Positions 10,603-21,290 of a stretch of 64,000 nucleotides of DNA are shown piece after piece. Source of the DNA: Nitrospirales bacterium (GTDB lineage: Bacteria > Nitrospirota > Nitrospiria > Nitrospirales > UBA8639); assembly GCA_965223295.1 (NCBI GenBank), contig CBDCWC010000003.1, positions 1,792,001 to 1,856,000 of the forward strand, read 5' to 3'. Every line of letters begins with the position of its first letter. Position 1 is the stretch's first letter. Both the position numbers and the translations under genes were made by a program. A model generated the notes under the pieces. That model worked only from the letters and a program-made list of their open reading frames with translations. It did not search any database and had not been told where the DNA came from.

Positions 10603-11526
10603 ATGAAGCAATCGTCACGAAACAAATCATTCATGCCTGTGCTTCGTCGAACTCTATCCCATATCAAAGGAGAAATTTTCTGGCACGAACCTTTGGCCTC
10701 ACATACATCTCTCCAAGTCGGGGGACCAGCTGATGCATTGGTGTTTCCCGTCGATGTGGAGGATGTGATCCGTCTGGTACGAGAGGCGCGAGTGAATCAT
10801 GTTCCTTTGATGGTCTTGGGTGGAACAAACGTGGTGATTCGAGATAAAGGCATTCGAGGCATTGTGATGCAGTTAAAGCATTTACATCAGATACACGAAA
10901 ATCCGAAGCATGTGGTCTATGCACAAGCTGGTGTGAGGTTGCCGCGATTAATGCAATTTGCTTTGGGTCGGAAACTTTCAGGAATGGAATGGGCAGCAGG
11001 AATTCCGGGAACGGTGGGTGGGGGCGTCGTGATGAATGCTGGAACCCATTTAGGTGAGATGCAGGATGTGTTGCAGGCCGTGGATTTTGTCACAATGTAT
11101 GGCAAACGGAAACGGATAGAGGGTTCAGCCTTATTATTTGAATATCGGAAGACAGTCCTTCCAAAAGGTTTTGTGGTTGGCGCGTGGATGCAACTCAGAT
11201 CGGCAGCCAAAGAAACGATTCAGGCTGCCACGAAACAGTACTTGCAGTATCGAAAGTCGACCCAACCACTCACGCTGCCCAATGCTGGTTCGGTGTTTCA
11301 AAATCCTGACGGAGATTCGGCTGGCCGCTTAATCGAAGCGGCAGGGTTGAAAGGGTTACGAATCGGGGATGCTGAAGTTTCGACAAAGCATGCCAATTTT
11401 ATCGTGAACAAGGGAACGGCAACGGCCGAGCAGGTCCTTCAGTTAGTCAGAAAGGTTCGTGAACAGGTTGCGAGAAAATTTGGTATTCGTTTGAAGTTGG
11501 AATGGAAAGTGGTTGGGGAGCGCTGA
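10603..11526 (+). CDS. murB: UDP-N-acetylenolpyruvoylglucosamine reductase
   Basis: GIPGTVGGGVVMNAG, QPLTLPNAGSVFQNP and KHANFIVN motifs. Confidence 0.96.
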   Translation: MKQSSRNKSFMPVLRRTLSHIKGEIFWHEPLASHTSLQVGGPADALVFPVDVEDVIRLVREARVNHVPLMVLGGTNVVIRDKGIRGIVMQLKHLHQIHENPKHVVYAQAGVRLPRLMQFALGRKLSGMEWAAGIPGTVGGGVVMNAGTHLGEMQDVLQAVDFVTMYGKRKRIEGSALLFEYRKTVLPKGFVVGAWMQLRSAAKETIQAATKQYLQYRKSTQPLTLPNAGSVFQNPDGDSAGRLIEAAGLKGLRIGDAEVSTKHANFIVNKGTATAEQVLQLVRKVREQVARKFGIRLKLEWKVVGER

Positions 11527-11604
11527 GCGATGACAGAGTGAGAAGTATGAGAAAAGACAACCACACAAACTTGAAGTCACATTAGAGGATATAAGTAGGA
11601 AGCT

Positions 11605-12567
11605 ATGAGCAGGAGGTCTTTACGTGTCGGTGTTCTCATGGGGGGGACTTCAGCAGAGCGCGAAATTTCTTTAAAGACCGGCCGATCTGTTTGTCAATCC
11701 TTACGCCGCCGCCGGTATACCGTGGTGCCTATTGATGCCGGTGCGACGTTGCCGCAGCAACTCCGCGCCAAGAGGGTTTCAGTCGCGTTTATCGCGCTTC
11801 ATGGATTAGGTGGAGAAGATGGCACGGTTCAGGGCCTCTTGGAAATTATGAATATTCCCTACACTGGATCGGGTGTGAGTGCGAGTGCTGTTTGTATGGA
11901 TAAAGGGTTGACCCGTGTGCTGCTTCAGGCTGCGGGTGTACCTGTCCCTGCTGGGAAAATCGTACATCGTACATCACCGCCCGCTGCTTCGCCACGTGGT
12001 ATTGGCTGGCCTCTTGTCGTTAAGCCTTGTATGGAAGGGTCCAGTCTTGGGGTGTCGATTGTGAAAAGTTCCGCAGGGTGGAAGAACGCCTTACGGAAGG
12101 CGTTTCGACATGGAGAACAAGCGGTGGTCGAAAAATATATTCCAGGTCGTGAGGTGGCCATTGGGATCCTGGATCACCGGACATTACCGGCTGTTGAAGT
12201 TATTGCACCAGGCGGGTTTTACAATTTTAGGGCGAAGTATGGAAAAGCCGGCACCCAATATCTTTGTCCTGCTTCCCTCACACCTCGTTTACAGCGGTTA
12301 TTGAATGCACAGAGTCTCCAAGCATATCAGGCTTTGGGATGTTGTGGCGCCGCCCGTGTTGATTTTCGGATTCATCCCAATGGACGTCCCTATGTTCTGG
12401 AGCTGAACACCATTCCTGGAATGACAGAGCGAAGTTTACTGCCGATGGCTGCAGCTCAAGAGGGCATGACTTACGATGACTTGGTAGAAGCCATGTTGCA
12501 AGAAGCCCTACAAAAGCGAAGAAGACCTTCTGAAAACGTCAAGACCCTGAAAAGGAAAACGGCATAA
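11605..12567 (+). CDS. ddl: D-alanine--D-alanine ligase
   Basis: GGTSAEREISL, LHGLGGEDG, PYTGSG and ELNTIPGMT motifs. Confidence 0.97.
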   Translation: MSRRSLRVGVLMGGTSAEREISLKTGRSVCQSLRRRRYTVVPIDAGATLPQQLRAKRVSVAFIALHGLGGEDGTVQGLLEIMNIPYTGSGVSASAVCMDKGLTRVLLQAAGVPVPAGKIVHRTSPPAASPRGIGWPLVVKPCMEGSSLGVSIVKSSAGWKNALRKAFRHGEQAVVEKYIPGREVAIGILDHRTLPAVEVIAPGGFYNFRAKYGKAGTQYLCPASLTPRLQRLLNAQSLQAYQALGCCGAARVDFRIHPNGRPYVLELNTIPGMTERSLLPMAAAQEGMTYDDLVEAMLQEALQKRRRPSENVKTLKRKTA

Positions 12568-13388
12568 TGGGTGTTCGAGAAATCGCTTCTTCAAAATCGC
12601 CCCGTAAAAATCGATCACTCAAGCGGGGAGATGTTGTTGGAAGAAAAGAAACAGCGCGCGCCAAATCGCCTGCTCGACGGGTCGTCATAGGCAGTCTCCT
12701 GGCCTGTCTTTTGGTCGTGCTCATGGTTGGTGGGCGAGTGGCGATACAGTCGATCAATGAATGGACCAAGATTCAACAAACCACAATTTTAGGCATGGAT
12801 CATCTTTCGCGAGAGGAGATTTCCACTGAATTGAACTTGGCTCCCGATTCAAGTTTGTGGTCCATCGATACTGATCATCTCAGAGAACAGTTGGAGGTTC
12901 ATCCTTGGATTCGTTCTGTGAGGTTTGAGCGTGTTTTCCCCAACACTCTGGTTGTTCAAATTGAAGAACGGGAACCTGTGGCTGTGTTGAAATCATCAAA
13001 ACAAGAACATCTACTGGATGTAGATGGCTATTTGTTGCCTGGGGAGACAGCGAAGGTTCACAGGGGTTTGCCAGTTCTTGAGGGACTCACATTGAAATAT
13101 TTTGCCGAGCATGAAGACGAAAGCCATCAACGTGCAAAAGAAGGCATTCATTTGGCGGCCCTGTTGTCAGAGCGTTTTTCGGGCCGGCCGCGAGTGAATG
13201 TGGCCCATGATCATACAACAGTAGTGGATCTTCCGCGTCTTCGAGTTCAATTTGGATCAGACGCTGAACAACAGTGGGGGAGGTTCTTGGTTCTCTATCC
13301 CAGTATCAAAAGCACGATCGGGCGGTATAGGCAAGAAGTGGATTTGAGATTTTCTCAAAAGGTCATTCTTCGCAAGAGGACATTGTAA
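12567..13388 (+). CDS. ftsQ: Cell division protein FtsQ/DivIB
   Basis: Basic N-terminus, one TM helix, POTRA-like HPWIRSV..FPNTLVVQIEER and C-terminal VDLRF; lies between ddl and ftsA. Confidence 0.88.
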   Translation: MGVREIASSKSPRKNRSLKRGDVVGRKETARAKSPARRVVIGSLLACLLVVLMVGGRVAIQSINEWTKIQQTTILGMDHLSREEISTELNLAPDSSLWSIDTDHLREQLEVHPWIRSVRFERVFPNTLVVQIEEREPVAVLKSSKQEHLLDVDGYLLPGETAKVHRGLPVLEGLTLKYFAEHEDESHQRAKEGIHLAALLSERFSGRPRVNVAHDHTTVVDLPRLRVQFGSDAEQQWGRFLVLYPSIKSTIGRYRQEVDLRFSQKVILRKRTL

Positions 13389-13391
13389 GCT

Positions 13392-14645
13392 ATGACAAAA
13401 AAAGAACACATTGTAGTGGGTTTAGACATTGGAACGACCAAAATTTGCGCAGTCGTTGGCGAAATTTTATCTGATCGGTCGGTGAACGTGATTGGCATCG
13501 GTTCGCATCGTTCGACTGGCTTACGCAAGGGCATGGTCGTCAACATGGATAACACGGTGGAATCCATTAAACGGGCCGTGGAAGAAGCCGAACTCATGGC
13601 GGCGGTACAAATCAATTCTGTGTATACCGGCATTGCCGGAGGCCACATTGGGAGTGAGAGCGCACAAGGAGTGGTAGCGTTAAAAAAACGGGAAGTCACA
13701 AAGAATGATATCCGGCGTGCTGTGGATACCGCTCGTGGGTGCGCGGTACCGCCTCCTGATCGGCAAATTTTGCATGTGCTGCCCCGAGAATTCATTGTCG
13801 ACGACCAAGAAGGCATTCGAGATCCCTTAGGCATTGCCGGATCGCGCCTTGAGGTCGATGTTCATATCGTGACGGGAGCGGTTACATCTGCCCAGAATCT
13901 TGCGCGGTGTGTCAGCCGCGCGGGACTAGATGTCGTCGATATTGTCTTACAGCCCCTGGCTTCTAGTGCGGCGGTGTTGTCGTCAGAGGAGAGAGAGTTA
14001 GGGGTGGTGATGGTTGATATTGGTGGAGGCACGACGGACGTCGCGATTTGGGTAGAAGGGTGCATTCGGCATTCGGCCGTCATTCCTATGGGCGGACATC
14101 ATTTAACGTCAGATTTAGCCATTGGGTTACGAACGGCGCCGGAAGATGCTGAAAAAATAAAACTGCAATATGGCGTGGCTAGCAGCCAGTTACTAAATGA
14201 GGAAGAAAATATTGAAGTCCCGAGTGTCGGGGGACGTCCATCCCGAGTCATGCCGCGAGATGTGGTGGCGCAAATACTCTCGCCGCGTGTGGAAGAAATG
14301 TTTGACATGGTGCGTCGGGAAATTCGGAGAGCGGGCTATGACGGAATGTTGGTCGCGGGCGGGGTGTTAACGGGAGGGACTTCGTTGCTTCCGGGGATGT
14401 CTGAAGTTGCCGAGCAGGTTCTGAATCTCTCGGTTCGGTTAGGGCGTCCTTTAGGTGTTGGGGGCCTGCGGGATATCGTGCAAAACCCTATGTATTCTAC
14501 GGCTGTTGGTTTGATCGTGCATTCCGTGAGTGAAGAAAACGAATTCGAAGTGGTCGGGGCCGGAGGTGGAAAGTCTACCAAATCCTCACGATGGATGGGG
14601 GGAATGGTCTTCAAGATGAAGAGCTGGGTCATGAACTTTTTTTAA
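13392..14645 (+). CDS. ftsA: Cell division protein FtsA
   Basis: GLDIGTTK, DIGGGTTD and VLTGGTS actin-fold motifs. Confidence 0.98.
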   Translation: MTKKEHIVVGLDIGTTKICAVVGEILSDRSVNVIGIGSHRSTGLRKGMVVNMDNTVESIKRAVEEAELMAAVQINSVYTGIAGGHIGSESAQGVVALKKREVTKNDIRRAVDTARGCAVPPPDRQILHVLPREFIVDDQEGIRDPLGIAGSRLEVDVHIVTGAVTSAQNLARCVSRAGLDVVDIVLQPLASSAAVLSSEERELGVVMVDIGGGTTDVAIWVEGCIRHSAVIPMGGHHLTSDLAIGLRTAPEDAEKIKLQYGVASSQLLNEEENIEVPSVGGRPSRVMPRDVVAQILSPRVEEMFDMVRREIRRAGYDGMLVAGGVLTGGTSLLPGMSEVAEQVLNLSVRLGRPLGVGGLRDIVQNPMYSTAVGLIVHSVSEENEFEVVGAGGGKSTKSSRWMGGMVFKMKSWVMNFF

Positions 14646-14757
14646 TCCATGGAAGGAAAGGAGCACTCGACATCCATGTCCTCGTTCGCCACAACATTGC
14701 AACAACAATTTCATGTAACCACAATCTGCCGCAGTGATGGCAGAAAGGAGGCGTCCA

Positions 14758-15972
14758 ATGTTTTCAATGTCTGATGAAGAACAATCGGCGATCAACATTA
14801 AGGTTGTCGGAGTCGGCGGTGCAGGCTGCAATGCCGTGAATACCATGATTGAATCGGGTCTGAGCCGCGTAGAGTTTGTGGTGGCCAATACGGATTTGCA
14901 GGCGCTTGGACGTTCAATGGCTTCCTATAAGATTCAATTGGGTCCTGAGCGTGCGCGTGGTCTGGGAGCTGGCGCTCGGCCGGAAGTTGGAAAGGAGTCG
15001 GCTATCGAAAGCGAAACGCAAATTCGAGATGCGCTAGAAGGCTCGGACATGGTGTTTGTCACAGCGGGGATGGGCGGTGGAACTGGAACCGGTGGCGCCC
15101 CAGTGGCCGCAAAAATTGCTCGGGAACTGGGTATTCTTACGGTCGGTGTGGTGACTAAGCCTTTTCAATATGAAGGAAATCGTCGCACCAGTTTTGCAGA
15201 AGAAGGTATTCGCGAATTGAAAAAACATGTGGATTCTCTTCTGATCATCCCTAATCAAAAGTTACTCGGGTTGGTGGATAAAAACACGCCACTCCTTGAA
15301 GCCTTTAAGATTGCGGATGATGTCTTGCGACAGGCGATTCAAGGTATTTCCGATGTGATTACCACTCCAGGTTTAGTGAATGTGGATTTTGCGGATGTTC
15401 GAACGGTGATGGGGTATTCTGGTCGTGCCGTCATGGGGATGGGAACTGGCCGAGGTCCGACCAGGGCCGAAGAGGCTGCCCAATTGGCCATTGCCAGTCC
15501 ATTATTGGAAGACGGCAGTGTGGAAGGAGCTCGTGGCTTGTTACTGAACATTACCGGCGGCCCCAGCATGACATTGCATGAAGTCAATGAGGCCTCCAAT
15601 ATTGCGCGTGAGGCCGCCGACCCACAGGCGAATATTATTGTGGGCCAAGTCATTAATCCTGACATGGGTGAAGAATTGACCGTGACGGTGATTGCGACCG
15701 GATTCGAGCAGGGAGAGTCAGTTTTACGGTTCCCGGGCACTCATCAATCAACCCTTGTAGTGGAACCTCTGAAAACGCCGTCTCTGGTATCGGTCGGGGT
15801 CGAGAATGAGGCCGACAATGGCATAGATGATATGGATCGGCCCACATACTTGCGCCGACAGGCTGCGGTACGAAAGACCGGAGAAAATGGCAACGGCAAC
15901 GGTAATGGGAGTTTGCTGGTGGACGATGATTGGGATGTGCCAACGTTTCTCAGAAAAAAACCGGAAAACTAA
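14758..15972 (+). CDS. ftsZ: Cell division protein FtsZ
   Basis: GMGGGTGTG tubulin signature, NVDFAD and C-terminal [15 protein letters not shown] ribosome-binding site before ATG 14758. Confidence 0.99.
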   Translation: MFSMSDEEQSAINIKVVGVGGAGCNAVNTMIESGLSRVEFVVANTDLQALGRSMASYKIQLGPERARGLGAGARPEVGKESAIESETQIRDALEGSDMVFVTAGMGGGTGTGGAPVAAKIARELGILTVGVVTKPFQYEGNRRTSFAEEGIRELKKHVDSLLIIPNQKLLGLVDKNTPLLEAFKIADDVLRQAIQGISDVITTPGLVNVDFADVRTVMGYSGRAVMGMGTGRGPTRAEEAAQLAIASPLLEDGSVEGARGLLLNITGGPSMTLHEVNEASNIAREAADPQANIIVGQVINPDMGEELTVTVIATGFEQGESVLRFPGTHQSTLVVEPLKTPSLVSVGVENEADNGIDDMDRPTYLRRQAAVRKTGENGNGNGNGSLLVDDDWDVPTFLRKKPEN

Positions 15973-16001
15973 GGGCTGATTCCACAGACGAATTTTAAAG
16001 G

Positions 16002-16739
16002 TTGGCGCCTGTGAGTTCGGTGTTGTCTGATGATGGATTCACGAGTGACGTGATTCCTATATGTCATTTCTTTGGCACTCGTGAGTTGCCAAAAGACTTG
16101 CATGCTTTCGTTCAAATAGGAGAAATGACGAATGGGTCTGCAAGATTTCCTTTCATCGCAAGCTTAAAGCAAATACACAGCACTCGGGTTGTGGTGTTTG
16201 ATGGTCCAATAAAGGCTGGAGTCTTGTCGGCGGATGAAGGGGATGCACTTGTCACGGGCCAACCGGAGTTGTTGTTGGTTGTTCGGACCGCCGATTGTGT
16301 TCCCGTGTTGTTAATTGACCAAAAAGTAGGGGTTATTGGAGCCGTTCATGCTGGATGGCGAGGAGCGGTCGGCGGCATCGTTCCCAAGACCATTCAAACC
16401 TGCCTTGAACAATTCGGTTCAGATGTCACACATATGCACGTGGCTATAGGGCCTTCAATTGGTCCCTGTTGTTATGAGGTGGACTCCCAAGTAATCGACC
16501 CCTTGCGTTTTGACTATCCCGATTGGCATGGGGTGCTGCAAGAGACCAGCTCTGGCAAAGGCATGTTGGATCTCAAGCAATTGATTTGGCATCAAATTCT
16601 TGCCAGTGGCGTTCCCGAGCATCAGGTTGAACAAATAACGCATTGTACTCGGTGTCGAGGGGACCTGTTTTTTTCCTACCGTCGTGAGGGAAAAGTTAAC
16701 GGGACGATGATGAGTGGTTTGATGCTGTCATCGAGATAG
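16002..16739 (+). CDS. pgeF: Peptidoglycan editing factor / purine nucleoside phosphorylase (YfiH family)
   Basis: QIHS, TADCVPVLL, HAGWRG, GPSIGPCCYEV and FFSYRR motifs. Confidence 0.93.
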   Translation: MAPVSSVLSDDGFTSDVIPICHFFGTRELPKDLHAFVQIGEMTNGSARFPFIASLKQIHSTRVVVFDGPIKAGVLSADEGDALVTGQPELLLVVRTADCVPVLLIDQKVGVIGAVHAGWRGAVGGIVPKTIQTCLEQFGSDVTHMHVAIGPSIGPCCYEVDSQVIDPLRFDYPDWHGVLQETSSGKGMLDLKQLIWHQILASGVPEHQVEQITHCTRCRGDLFFSYRREGKVNGTMMSGLMLSSR

Positions 16740-16780
16740 ACCAAAAGCAGGTTCCTATTGACGATACAGTTGCGGCTTGA

Positions 16781-17494
16781 TTGGACGAATCAGTGCTTTC
16801 TTCGAACATTGCTAAAAATGTACAGAACATTCAAGAAGGTATCAGGCAGGCTGCTCTTAGAGTGGCACGGGAGCCTTCCTCCGTGCAATTGGTTGCAGCC
16901 ACCAAGACGGTTGAGCCGAGGCGGCTTATTGAAGCCTATCACGCCGGGGTGCGAATTTTTGGAGAAAATCGACTTCAAGAAGCCCAGGAGAAAGTTCCGG
17001 CTGTTGGCCCCTGTGAAGGTCTGGCTTGGCATTTCATTGGACGTATGCAGCGTCGAAAGCTGAAAGATATTGTTGGGCGTTTTGCCTTACTCCATTCCGT
17101 AGAAAGTCTGGAGCAAGCGAAAAGTATTCAGGCTGTCGCTAAACGATTGGGCATTCGACAGAATATCTTCCTTGAAGTGAATGTGTCAGGAGAAAAGACC
17201 AAAGGAGGTTTTGCTCCTTCAGAAATAAAACAAAATGTGGAGGTCATTGATCAGTTCTCCAATCTGACTATCCAAGGGTTGATGACGCTCCCTCCATTTA
17301 GCGAAAATTCCGAACATGTTCGGCCCTATTTTGCAGAACTTCGTCATATACGTGATTCTCTTGTGCAACAGAACGTAAAGTATAGTAGAGTAAAGGAATT
17401 ATCCATGGGAATGTCCCGTGACTATCAAGTGGCTATTGAGGAAGGCGCGACGATGGTACGGATTGGGACAGCTATTTTTGGCCGGAGACAGTAG
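16781..17494 (+). CDS. yggS: PLP homeostasis protein (YggS family)
   Basis: LVAATKT, FGENRLQE, WHFIG, LSMGMSRDY and EEGATMVRIGTAIFG motifs. Confidence 0.95.
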   Translation: MDESVLSSNIAKNVQNIQEGIRQAALRVAREPSSVQLVAATKTVEPRRLIEAYHAGVRIFGENRLQEAQEKVPAVGPCEGLAWHFIGRMQRRKLKDIVGRFALLHSVESLEQAKSIQAVAKRLGIRQNIFLEVNVSGEKTKGGFAPSEIKQNVEVIDQFSNLTIQGLMTLPPFSENSEHVRPYFAELRHIRDSLVQQNVKYSRVKELSMGMSRDYQVAIEEGATMVRIGTAIFGRRQ

Positions 17495-17545
17495 TTCCTT
17501 TTAGGGTGGCAATAGGCAATATTTGCCTTATAGCAAAGGAGGGTC

Positions 17546-17845
17546 ATGTTTATTGCTGGAAATGTGCTAGAAGGTATCGCGACCATACTTGATACGATTT
17601 TATGGTTGTATATGTGGGTGATTATCATTCGGGCACTGATATCTTGGGTGAATCCTGATCCATGGAATCCAATTGTACAATTTTTGCAAAGAGTAACGGA
17701 TCCTGTTCTTTTTCAAATTCGAAAGCGATTAGGGATGGGAAGTATGGGATTTGATTTTTCTCCGATCATTGCTATTCTAATAATTATGTTCCTACAAATT
17801 GCTGTGGTCGGTTCATTGAAAGATTTAGCTATGAGAATGCACTAG
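17546..17845 (+). CDS. yggT: YggT family membrane protein
   Basis: IRALISWVNPDPWNPIVQFL..TDP and DFSPIIA motifs; AAGGAGG RBS. Confidence 0.93.
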   Translation: MFIAGNVLEGIATILDTILWLYMWVIIIRALISWVNPDPWNPIVQFLQRVTDPVLFQIRKRLGMGSMGFDFSPIIAILIIMFLQIAVVGSLKDLAMRMH

Positions 17846-17869
17846 AAGGTGCAGAGAAAGGGTATGACT

Positions 17870-18418
17870 ATGAAAATTACACCGTTGGATATTCAACATA
17901 AAGTGCTTGAGACACAATGGCGGGGATATCATAAAATCCAGGTTGATCAGTTTTTGGAGGAGATAGCCGAATCTGTTGAAGAACTGACTAAAGAAAATTT
18001 AGTCATGAAGCAACAATTGTCCGGGAAAGATGAAGAACTCAATCAATTGAAACGGGCTGAATCGACTTTGACCAGTACCCTCATATCCACACAATCCTTT
18101 GTGGATCAACTGAAGCGTGGTGCGCAACGGGATGCTGATCTGATCGTTAAGGAAGCCGAACTGAAAGCCGAAGAGATTCTCTCGCAGAGCCGGGCCGAGT
18201 TAGTGGAGATGCGACGGACGATTTCTGGCTTGCGTCAACAACGTGCCTTAGTGCTGGATCGCTTACGCTCTACGTTAAACTCTTTTCATCGATTGGTCGA
18301 AGTGGAGGAGCAGGCTGATGCCTCTCCTGATTCCTTATTTGAAGAGTCTGAAGCAGCGGCAGAGTCGGATTTCTCTCAGTTAAATGCTGAACCTGCTGCA
18401 CATCGGGAAGCGGGATAA
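17870..18418 (+). CDS. divIVA: DivIVA domain protein
   Basis: MKITPLDI..RGY..QVDQFL N-terminus followed by a coiled coil. Confidence 0.9.
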   Translation: MKITPLDIQHKVLETQWRGYHKIQVDQFLEEIAESVEELTKENLVMKQQLSGKDEELNQLKRAESTLTSTLISTQSFVDQLKRGAQRDADLIVKEAELKAEEILSQSRAELVEMRRTISGLRQQRALVLDRLRSTLNSFHRLVEVEEQADASPDSLFEESEAAAESDFSQLNAEPAAHREAG

Positions 18419-18442
18419 TGGTTCCTTTTCTCCCATGATTCA

Positions 18443-19534
18443 GTGGGTGCGACCGATTCCATTACACATGTTCTCCAGGAAGGAATTCGGACACGAGTCT
18501 TTCCTGGAGCCGTGCTTTTTGTCCGGCACAAGGGGCTCATTCGATTCCATCAGGCTGTTGGCCTAACCTCTTTTCTCCAAGATTCTCTTCCTGTCCAACC
18601 CCACACGATTTATGATCTCGCTTCCCTAACCAAGCCTTTGGCTACGGCATCGTCTCTTCTTCTCTTACTCCAAGAGGAGAAATTGAGTCTTGCCCAACCG
18701 TTGGCGACTCTCTTAGAAGAAGCCAAAAACTTTCCCTTGGGTGGAGTCTTCATTCAAGATCTTCTGTCTCATCAGAGTGGACTGCCAGCTTGGCGGCCTT
18801 TCTATAAATCAGTTTCTCCAATTTTTCCTTCCGAGCCTAACACTCGGCAAAAACGAATGCAGGCTGTCCTGGAGATGATTCTTAAGGAGCCGATTGCTGA
18901 TTCCTCAGCACCAACCAGCGTCTATAGTGATTTAGGGTATATGGTGTTGGGATGGGTTATTGAGCGGATGACTGGGCAGTCATTGGAAGATTTTTGTCGG
19001 GAGCGAATTTTTGAGCCACTACAGGCCAATCTGCTTGGTTTTGGAACTCAACACAATAAAGGTCCCAGGTCGGGCCGGATAGCACCCACAGAAAAAGATC
19101 CATGGCGGGGCAGACTGCTTCACGGCGAGGTTCATGATGAAAATGCTGCCGCCCTTGGAGGAATAGCTGGACATGCGGGACTATTTGGAACAGCTCAAGC
19201 GGTCGGACAAGTGACGAAAGCCTGGTTGGAGAGTTATCTCGGAAAGTCGAATATTTTTAAGCAAGATGTTGTTAGGCAATTTACGATAGCTCAACCTGGC
19301 ACCAGTTGGGCGTTAGGTTGGGATACTCCTTCGCAACCCTCATCGTCCGGGCAATGGTTTTCACCGGAATCATTTGGACATTTAGGATTTACTGGAACGT
19401 CGATTTGGATCGATCCAATCAGAGAATTAGAAGTGATCTTCCTGTCTAACCGTGTGCATCCCACTCGTCAGAACCAAGCCATCAAAACCTTCCGTCCAAA
19501 ACTTCACGACGCCATTGTTCTAGAACTTTCGTAG
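18443..19534 (+). CDS. Serine hydrolase, beta-lactamase class C-like family
   Basis: DLASLTK (SxxK), YSDLGY, GEVHDENA, GHAGLFGT and FGHLGFTGTS motifs. Confidence 0.9.
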   Translation: MGATDSITHVLQEGIRTRVFPGAVLFVRHKGLIRFHQAVGLTSFLQDSLPVQPHTIYDLASLTKPLATASSLLLLLQEEKLSLAQPLATLLEEAKNFPLGGVFIQDLLSHQSGLPAWRPFYKSVSPIFPSEPNTRQKRMQAVLEMILKEPIADSSAPTSVYSDLGYMVLGWVIERMTGQSLEDFCRERIFEPLQANLLGFGTQHNKGPRSGRIAPTEKDPWRGRLLHGEVHDENAAALGGIAGHAGLFGTAQAVGQVTKAWLESYLGKSNIFKQDVVRQFTIAQPGTSWALGWDTPSQPSSSGQWFSPESFGHLGFTGTSIWIDPIRELEVIFLSNRVHPTRQNQAIKTFRPKLHDAIVLELS

Positions 19535-19688
19535 TGACTCTGTGAAAAAGCCGATCGATAGCATGTTGCATAGTAGTTGACCTTATTTTTGTCTTTACAT
19601 ATGATCCATTGATTAAGTCGTAAAAGGGAGAACTCTCTATTCAGTGACATTCACACTTGGTTTTCTTGATTGGAAGGAAGGTGCTGGT

Positions 19689-20360
19689 ATGAGAACGAAA
19701 CTTCATGGAGGATGGGTTTTCAAGCCGGTGTTAGGGTTTATAGGGATGATGATCTGTATTCCCGGATTGGCCCTGGCCGTAGATTTTTCGTTTTCTGGGA
19801 ATTTCAGTAGTGACGATGATTTGGAGTTGTTTGATTTTTCGGTTGACGTACCTTCAGATGTGACGTTAGTCACGAAATCGTATGCTGGAGGGACCTTGTC
19901 GGATGGAACCGTTGTGCCTGCGGGTGGGTTTGATCCAGTCTTATCCCTGTTTGATTCAAGTGGGCTTTTGATCGGGGAGAATGATGACCCCTTGTCGCCT
20001 AATGTTGGAATCGATCTGGTTACTGGCGAAGCATTTGATGCATTTCTGGAATTGGCCCTCACCGAGGGAGATTACACTGTTGCCGTGACTCAATTTGACA
20101 ATTTTGCCAATGGGCCCAATCTGTCGGATGGATTTGAACTAACAGGCGACCCATTTTTTACGTCAATCGATGGATGCTCCAACGGACAATTTTGCGATGG
20201 AGAGTTTAATCGGACGAATGCTTGGGCTTTTGATGTGTTAAATGTTGGGCAGGTAAGTAATCCGGGAGATTCATCAACTGTTCCGGAGCCTTCGACTGTC
20301 CTACTATTTGGATCCGGACTGGCTGGTTTGTTGGGGTGGCGATTACGAAGGACAACTTAG
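19689..20360 (+). CDS. PEP-CTERM sorted surface protein (resembles the DVUA0089 family)
   Basis: Signal peptide, an acidic domain (SYAGG..GGFDPVLSLFD..ENDD), then C-terminal VPEPST + TM helix + RLRR. Confidence 0.88.
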   Translation: MRTKLHGGWVFKPVLGFIGMMICIPGLALAVDFSFSGNFSSDDDLELFDFSVDVPSDVTLVTKSYAGGTLSDGTVVPAGGFDPVLSLFDSSGLLIGENDDPLSPNVGIDLVTGEAFDAFLELALTEGDYTVAVTQFDNFANGPNLSDGFELTGDPFFTSIDGCSNGQFCDGEFNRTNAWAFDVLNVGQVSNPGDSSTVPEPSTVLLFGSGLAGLLGWRLRRTT

Positions 20361-20393
20361 AATCGATTATGGCTAGACTTCTTGCCGCAAATT

Positions 20394-20474
20394 AATAAGG
20401 GTTAGACTCCAATTAAATGAAAGTCTTTAGCTGGTAGGACGAGGTAGCTTTTTAATTCGAGTCTGACCCCTATT
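20394..20474. repeat. 24-bp imperfect inverted repeat with 33-nt spacer (REP-doublet-like; possible terminator)
   Basis: AATAAGGGTTAGACTCCAATTAAA (20394-20417) matches the reverse complement of TTTAATTCGAGTCTGACCCCTATT (20451-20474) at 21 of 24 positions; followed by a T run. Confidence 0.7.
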
Positions 20475-20632
20475 TTTTCTGGAAAGGGGCGTGGAGTGAC
20501 CGGAACGACTTGCCCACTATAACGGTCCTGCTGAGGGGGATGCTTTTTCAAAGAAAAAGGCTTGGGGCTTTGGCAAAGACCGAGCTTTTGGAGGGTGTCC
20601 CTATAAGGCAGTTTTTGATTTGAGTGAGAATT

Positions 20633-20950
20633 TTATGAATCGGGATATTCGACCCAGGTTTCTTTTTCGGCGAGATATTTTTTCCCGTTGAAATTGAGAC
20701 GGGTGCGCATTTTGGAGAATCCTAACGCGCGAAGTTGGTCGACAAGGTCTTTCGTTGCCTCTTGTACAGTGCGATGAACCTGGGAGTGGAGGGTCAGGGC
20801 TTCGTACATCACTGACCCGCTATATCCTCCTTCAACGCGTTTGATGGGGATGAGCCGGTTAAAGTAGCGCTCACTGGGATCAGTTCCTTCCAATTGATGT
20901 TTCTCCACAACAGCATTTTTGACTCGAAAGGATAGCGGTAAAGAGGTCAT
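20633..20950 (-). CDS. Hypothetical protein
   Basis: 105-aa ORF with a GGAG RBS, filling an otherwise empty gap; no recognised motif. Confidence 0.7.
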   Translation of the reverse strand: MTSLPLSFRVKNAVVEKHQLEGTDPSERYFNRLIPIKRVEGGYSGSVMYEALTLHSQVHRTVQEATKDLVDQLRALGFSKMRTRLNFNGKKYLAEKETWVEYPDS

Positions 20951-21290
20951 ATAATATTAGCTCCAAGGAATAGCCTCTGCATCACCCCAATAGGGGAGTT
21001 GTTGAAGCAAATTCTAGGGGAAAAGTTAAATCTCCATCTGTCTTCTTTACAGATTATAGGCTGGTCTGAAAAGGGCTGCAAGTCTGGTTGACTTGTATCA
21101 GAAACGGCACGTACCCTTCACTACGTATAGATGAATGCGTCGAGAAATTTGAGAAGCCGCGTGCCAGCTCTTTTGTTGTGCATCTGTGTGGTTTTGTGGG
21201 CACAACTCACTGCAGATTGGCCAGGATGAGATGGTTCAACCCTCTCCTTAGAATGATCATGTTCGGTGGTGCGAAAGGCTGTGTGGAGCT

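Noticed and set aside
15886-15909. NGNGNG-coding repeat in ftsZ
   Set aside because: Ordinary low-complexity sequence in the disordered FtsZ linker.
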